NCBI RefSeq assembly: GCF_001194135.2
Contig: NC_068983.1
Span: 93,591,481-93,655,480 of the forward strand
Source: Octopus bimaculoides
Lineage: Eukaryota
Length of the DNA stretch: 64,000 nt
Reading direction: 5' to 3'
Shown here one piece after another: positions 61,500 through 64,000 of the stretch. Made by a program: the position numbers and the translations under genes. Position 1 is the first letter of the stretch. Each line of letters begins with the position of its first letter. The notes beneath the pieces are model-generated. The model saw only the letters and a list, made by a program, of their open reading frames with translations, was not told where the DNA came from and made no database searches.

Positions 61500-61695
61500 T
61501 ATAACAAATAATCCAGAATCCTTGCCTGACACCAGATCGATCCCAAAATCTAATCAGTTTGTGCCAGTCACAAGGCCAAACATCTCTGAAAGTTTCATCT
61601 GAATCCATCCAGTGGTTCTTGAGATATTTTGTCCATGGACAAACAAACAAACATGACTGAAAACAATTCCTCCGCCTTCACTAAGGTGGAGGTAA
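61500..61695 (+). mobile_element. Helentron/HINE-like non-autonomous element end
   Basis: (ACAA)n followed by terminal hairpin CCTCCGCCTT-CACT-AAGGTGGAGG (61669-61692). Confidence 0.45.
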
Positions 61696-61699
61696 TAAT

Positions 61700-61910
61700 A
61701 ATCCTTTCTACTATAGGCACAGGGCCTGAAATTTGGGGGCAGGGATAAGTCAATTACATCAACCCCAGTGCTCCACTAGTGCTTATTTTATTGACCTCAA
61801 AAGGATAGGCAAAGTCAACTCTGGCAGAATTAGAACTCAGAACGTAAAGACGGTTAAAATGCTGCTAAGTATTTCACCTGGCATGCTGATGATTTTGCCA
61901 GCTCATCGAC

Positions 61911-61915
<5 letters not shown>
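61700..61915 (-). mobile_element. SINE family B
   Basis: GGCAAAGTCAACTCTGGCAGAATTAGAACTCAGAACG..TTTTGCCAGCTCA next to (AAT)n. Confidence 0.8.
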
Positions 61916-61942
<27 letters not shown>

Positions 61943-62834
61943 TTCTTGCGCATTTAATAGTAATGATGGTTTCTGCCATAGACACAAGACCACCAATTTG
62001 TGGTATAGTTGCTTATATTGATCTCCTTAATTGAATGATGATAATAGCGGTATTAAAATTGATTACTAACATAGGCACAAGGACATAAATTTTAGGAGAG
62101 GGACATTGATCAAATTAACTGCAGTACTTTACTGGTATTAATTTTTATGAACTTCAGAAAGATGAAAAGCAAAATCAACTTCAGAAAAATAATAATGATG
62201 GTGATGATGATGATAATGATGATGAAAACAACAACAATTTCTAACACAAGTAAAAGATCACAAAATTGACAGTGGGTAATCATTTCGATATATGATTGCT
62301 ACTTGTTTTGTTAATGCCAGAAAGATGAAAGTTAAAGCTGACAACATCACTAGAATTAAACTGAGAATGTAAAAGGCAAAATGCAAGGGCAGGAAAAGGA
62401 GGTTAGAAAGAGGAATGGGGAAAAGGTGTCAAAGAGATATAGTAAGATGAAAAAGAAATGTATGAAATTAAAAATTTTTAAAAAATGAAAACCAGAGGCT
62501 GAACAGGTTAGTAGCCAGTTGAACTAGATACAGGCAACAGGTAAGAAAACTAAATAGGAATAAATTGCAGAAGCAAATAACAATTTGCAGCCACATAGTT
62601 GGGGTTTGGTCCACTGCACAGCATCTTGAGCAAGTGCCTTTTACTATAGCCCCTGGCCAACCAAATCCTTGTGTGCAGATATGGTAGACAGAAACTGAGA
62701 GAAACCTTTTACACAAACACACACACTCACTTACACACACACATACATACATGTACCAAAAATTATATCATTACCTTGATACTCTATGAACTGAGTTCCC
62801 TGTTAACAGGCACATCATCAAAATAAAATGAATA

Positions 62835-62907
62835 TGAGCTTGCCAGGATTCGAACCTGGAATCTTTTTATCCATATTCAGACATGTTATCCATTGTACCA
62901 CAAGCTC
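62835..62907 (-). pseudogene. tRNA-Arg(ACG)-derived pseudogene; anticodon now reads ATG
   Basis: GAGCTTGTGGTACAATGGATAACATGTCTGAATATGGATAAAAAGATTCCAGGTTCGAATCCTGGCAAGCTCA: perfect acceptor and T stems, broken D and anticodon stems, TTTT terminator downstream. Confidence 0.85.
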
Positions 62908-62984
62908 TGATGACATAAGCACATCAACACCAGTTGCCAAGCAGTGGAGTGGAGACAAACACACATAAAGAACACAGATATATA

Positions 62985-63140
62985 CTCTGTGAAGTGGTTG
63001 ACATTAGGAAGAGCATCCAACTGTAGAAACCATGCCAAATCACATTGAAACCTGGTGCCGCTCCCCAGCTTACCAGTTTTCAGTCAGACTGTCCAACCTA
63101 TGCCAGCATGGAAAACGAACATTAAATAATGATGATGATG
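62985..63140 (+). mobile_element. RTE 3' end
   Basis: TTAGGAAGAGCATCCAACTGTAGAAAC..GCATGGAAAACGAACATTAAATAA(TGA)n. Confidence 0.8.
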
Positions 63141-63147
63141 ATAGTAT

Positions 63148-63305
63148 GAAGGGCTTCTTTCAGTTTCTATCTACCAAATCCACTCAAAAGGCTTTGATCA
63201 GCACAAGGCTATAGTAGAAGATACTTACCCAAGGTGTCACACAATAGGACTGAACCTGGAATCATGTGGTTGGAAAGCATGCATCTTACCAGACAGTTAT
63301 GCCTG
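63148..63305 (-). mobile_element. SINE family A head
   Basis: GGCTTCTTTCAGTTTCTATCTACCAAATCCACTC..GGACTGAACCTGG. Confidence 0.75.
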
Positions 63306-63719
63306 CTCCTATAGTGGGAGCATACAATGAATAAGTCTATCATACTTCTGTATCACAAAGAATATAGAGTTAGAACGAGCAACCACTCATAAACCCTTTG
63401 TTCTAGCCAAATATAGAACTCCAAGCTTCTTGAAACTATTTCTTGTACTAACATGAAAAGCAATGGGTGTAAAATAGTCAGAGAGAAATTGGAGAAGATA
63501 TATTGTTTAGGCAGTGTAAAATACATGTCAGATGTCTGAGTAAAATTTGTGTTGGTGTATTTTCCTGTTCAGCCTCTTCATCAAATTGGATATTTCCATT
63601 TTCTATAGATTATTAAGATTGAAAGACATGGTAAGCTGGCAGAAACAATAGATTATTGGGCAAAATGTCAGTCAAGGTTACAACCATACAACAAACAGTG
63701 TATGCTTGATTAGACCAAA

Positions 63720-63923
63720 AATACATATGTATGTTTGTGTTTATGTGTATGTATGTGTGTGTGTATGTATGTGTTTGTCTGTATAAATATATATATATAA
63801 TGTACATATATATAAATGTATATCTGTATATATTTGTAAATATGTGTATATGTATATACATATGTATATGTATATATATATGTATGTATATATGTGTGTG
63901 TGTGTGTATATACATGTATATAT

Positions 63924-64000
<77 letters not shown>
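63720..64000. repeat. Compound (TG/TA)n microsatellite ending in pure (TA)n
   Basis: Direct reading. Confidence 0.95.

Noticed and set aside
63570-63640. Possible next TMEM245 exon ending CATG|GTAAGC
   Set aside because: Phase-compatible frames hit stops, and GGTAAGCTGGCAGAA is a family B SINE head.

Overview
Animal genomic DNA from an AT-rich draft assembly with nine N gaps (4926-5205, 5983-6686, 13034-13302, 22605-23120, 42539-42847, 43127-43760, 46573-46582, 47175-47473, 54458-54707). The repeat landscape resembles octopus/coleoid cephalopod DNA; this is inferred from recalled repeat families, not from a search. Only one host coding exon is well supported: a 232-nt internal exon (57907-58138, +) whose translation matches TMEM245. 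Most of the window is therefore probably one very large intron, or the upstream exon lies in a gap. The rest is a dense transposon graveyard: two tRNA-derived SINE families (A and B here), many RTE LINE 3' ends with (GAT)n tails, CR1-like and R4/Dong-like LINE relics, two DD34D mariner copies, two DD37D (maT-like) copies, piggyBac-, hAT- and Tc1-type MITEs, a Gypsy integrase scrap, a Helentron-like end, a decayed tRNA-Arg copy and many microsatellites. The most notable signal is a cluster of about seven minimal hammerhead-ribozyme-like motifs from 3-4 different Penelope-like terminal-repeat families between 48.2 and 56.6 kb. Two sets form divergent inverted pairs, one a 119/120-identical 120-bp fold-back. 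Every copy carries core or stem lesions, so catalytic activity is unproven. Coordinates of old repeats are approximate (about 20 bp).
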